This document shows positions 63,353 through 64,000 of a stretch of 64,000 nt of DNA, piece after piece. The translations under genes and the position numbers were made by a program. The stretch covers positions 76,880,001 through 76,944,000 of the forward strand of contig CM060732.1 of assembly GCA_030704615.1 (NCBI GenBank). The letters are read 5' to 3'. This DNA comes from Takakia lepidozioides. Its lineage: Eukaryota > Plantae > Bryophyta. Under the pieces are notes generated by a model that saw only the letters and a program-made list of their open reading frames with translations, was not told the origin of the DNA and did not search any database. Position 1 is the first letter of the stretch; each line of letters begins with the position of its first letter.

Positions 63353-63900
63353 CTACTCTCCTACACCCTCCGAGGAACTTGCCCCACCTTCTTCCTCATC
63401 CCCCTCATCCCCCTCATCCTCCGAGCTCTGTGATGCATCAGTTCCACTATGCCTCTCAAAAATCCTGTCCTCTTGGGGGACTGTCCACCTCACCTCCTGG
63501 GAATCTTCTGCATCTTCTCCCCCACTTTCCTCAGCTGAATCCAAGACAAATCTACGAGCCTGACGGGCTCTAATAGCTGTTGCCTCCTCCCTCATCTTCA
63601 TTTTCTTGAGGCTTGCCTCGTCTAAAATCTGCTGTACACGACTAGGTTTGGAACACCTCCTAATGGACACCGAAGCAAGCCGGGCAACATAAGTAGGAAG
63701 GATGTAGTCCCTTTCTGGACTAGGCATGAAATCCCCCCTGGCAAAAAAATGCACGTTTCTCCTGCCCATGAACTGCGGTGTAGACGTCCCTCCTACAGTA
63801 AGAACAAATCCACTTGAAGAATGTCAATACCAGCAGAAGCAGAAACGGTCTTTCAATGAAATAAAAGAGCGAGCGGAGGTGCCTCACAAAATCAGGAGGC
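63353..63900 (-). other. Possible 3' end of a coding sequence with an acidic tail (unknown)
   Basis: 138-aa ORF at 63353-63769 ending in an E/D/S-rich tail; no domain recognised. Confidence 0.25.
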
Positions 63901-64000
63901 AACTTACAATGCGACCACTCACTCGTAAACCATTTTCGCCACCATTTTCCTAGGTTGGGCCCGAAAATGGCTAAGTCCCAGAACTGACTGGGCGCGGAAC

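Overview
Repeat-dense eukaryotic window, almost certainly a non-seed land plant (bryophyte/lycophyte-type TE families, PLS-type PPR remnants); the species cannot be determined from the sequence. Left to right: a 116-bp satellite array (1-4103); a spliced, apparently intact Mutator-like transposase with a GCM-like zinc finger and a C-terminal SWIM domain (5438-9009); four copies (A-D) of one ~13-kb non-chromoviral Ty3/gypsy family with a tRNA-Arg-type PBS and extra ORFs both 5' of gag and 3' of pol; a second SWIM-encoding segment next to a ~1.9-kb array of 24-28-bp palindromes spaced at ~63 bp (15659-19085); a 500-N gap; a degenerate Dualen/RandI-like LINE (RT, putative adenine-methyltransferase-like domain, RNase H) split by the gypsy copies; a truncated sister gypsy family (E); a full-length chromovirus with a GCTCG TSD (53540-60519); and PPR pseudogene fragments. 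No intact host gene is evident. The best novelty candidates are the phased palindrome array beside the SWIM/MULE-related gene, the GCM-MULE-SWIM transposase, and the LINE carrying a PCIF1-like methyltransferase signature. All domain calls come from motif recognition by eye, not from database searches.
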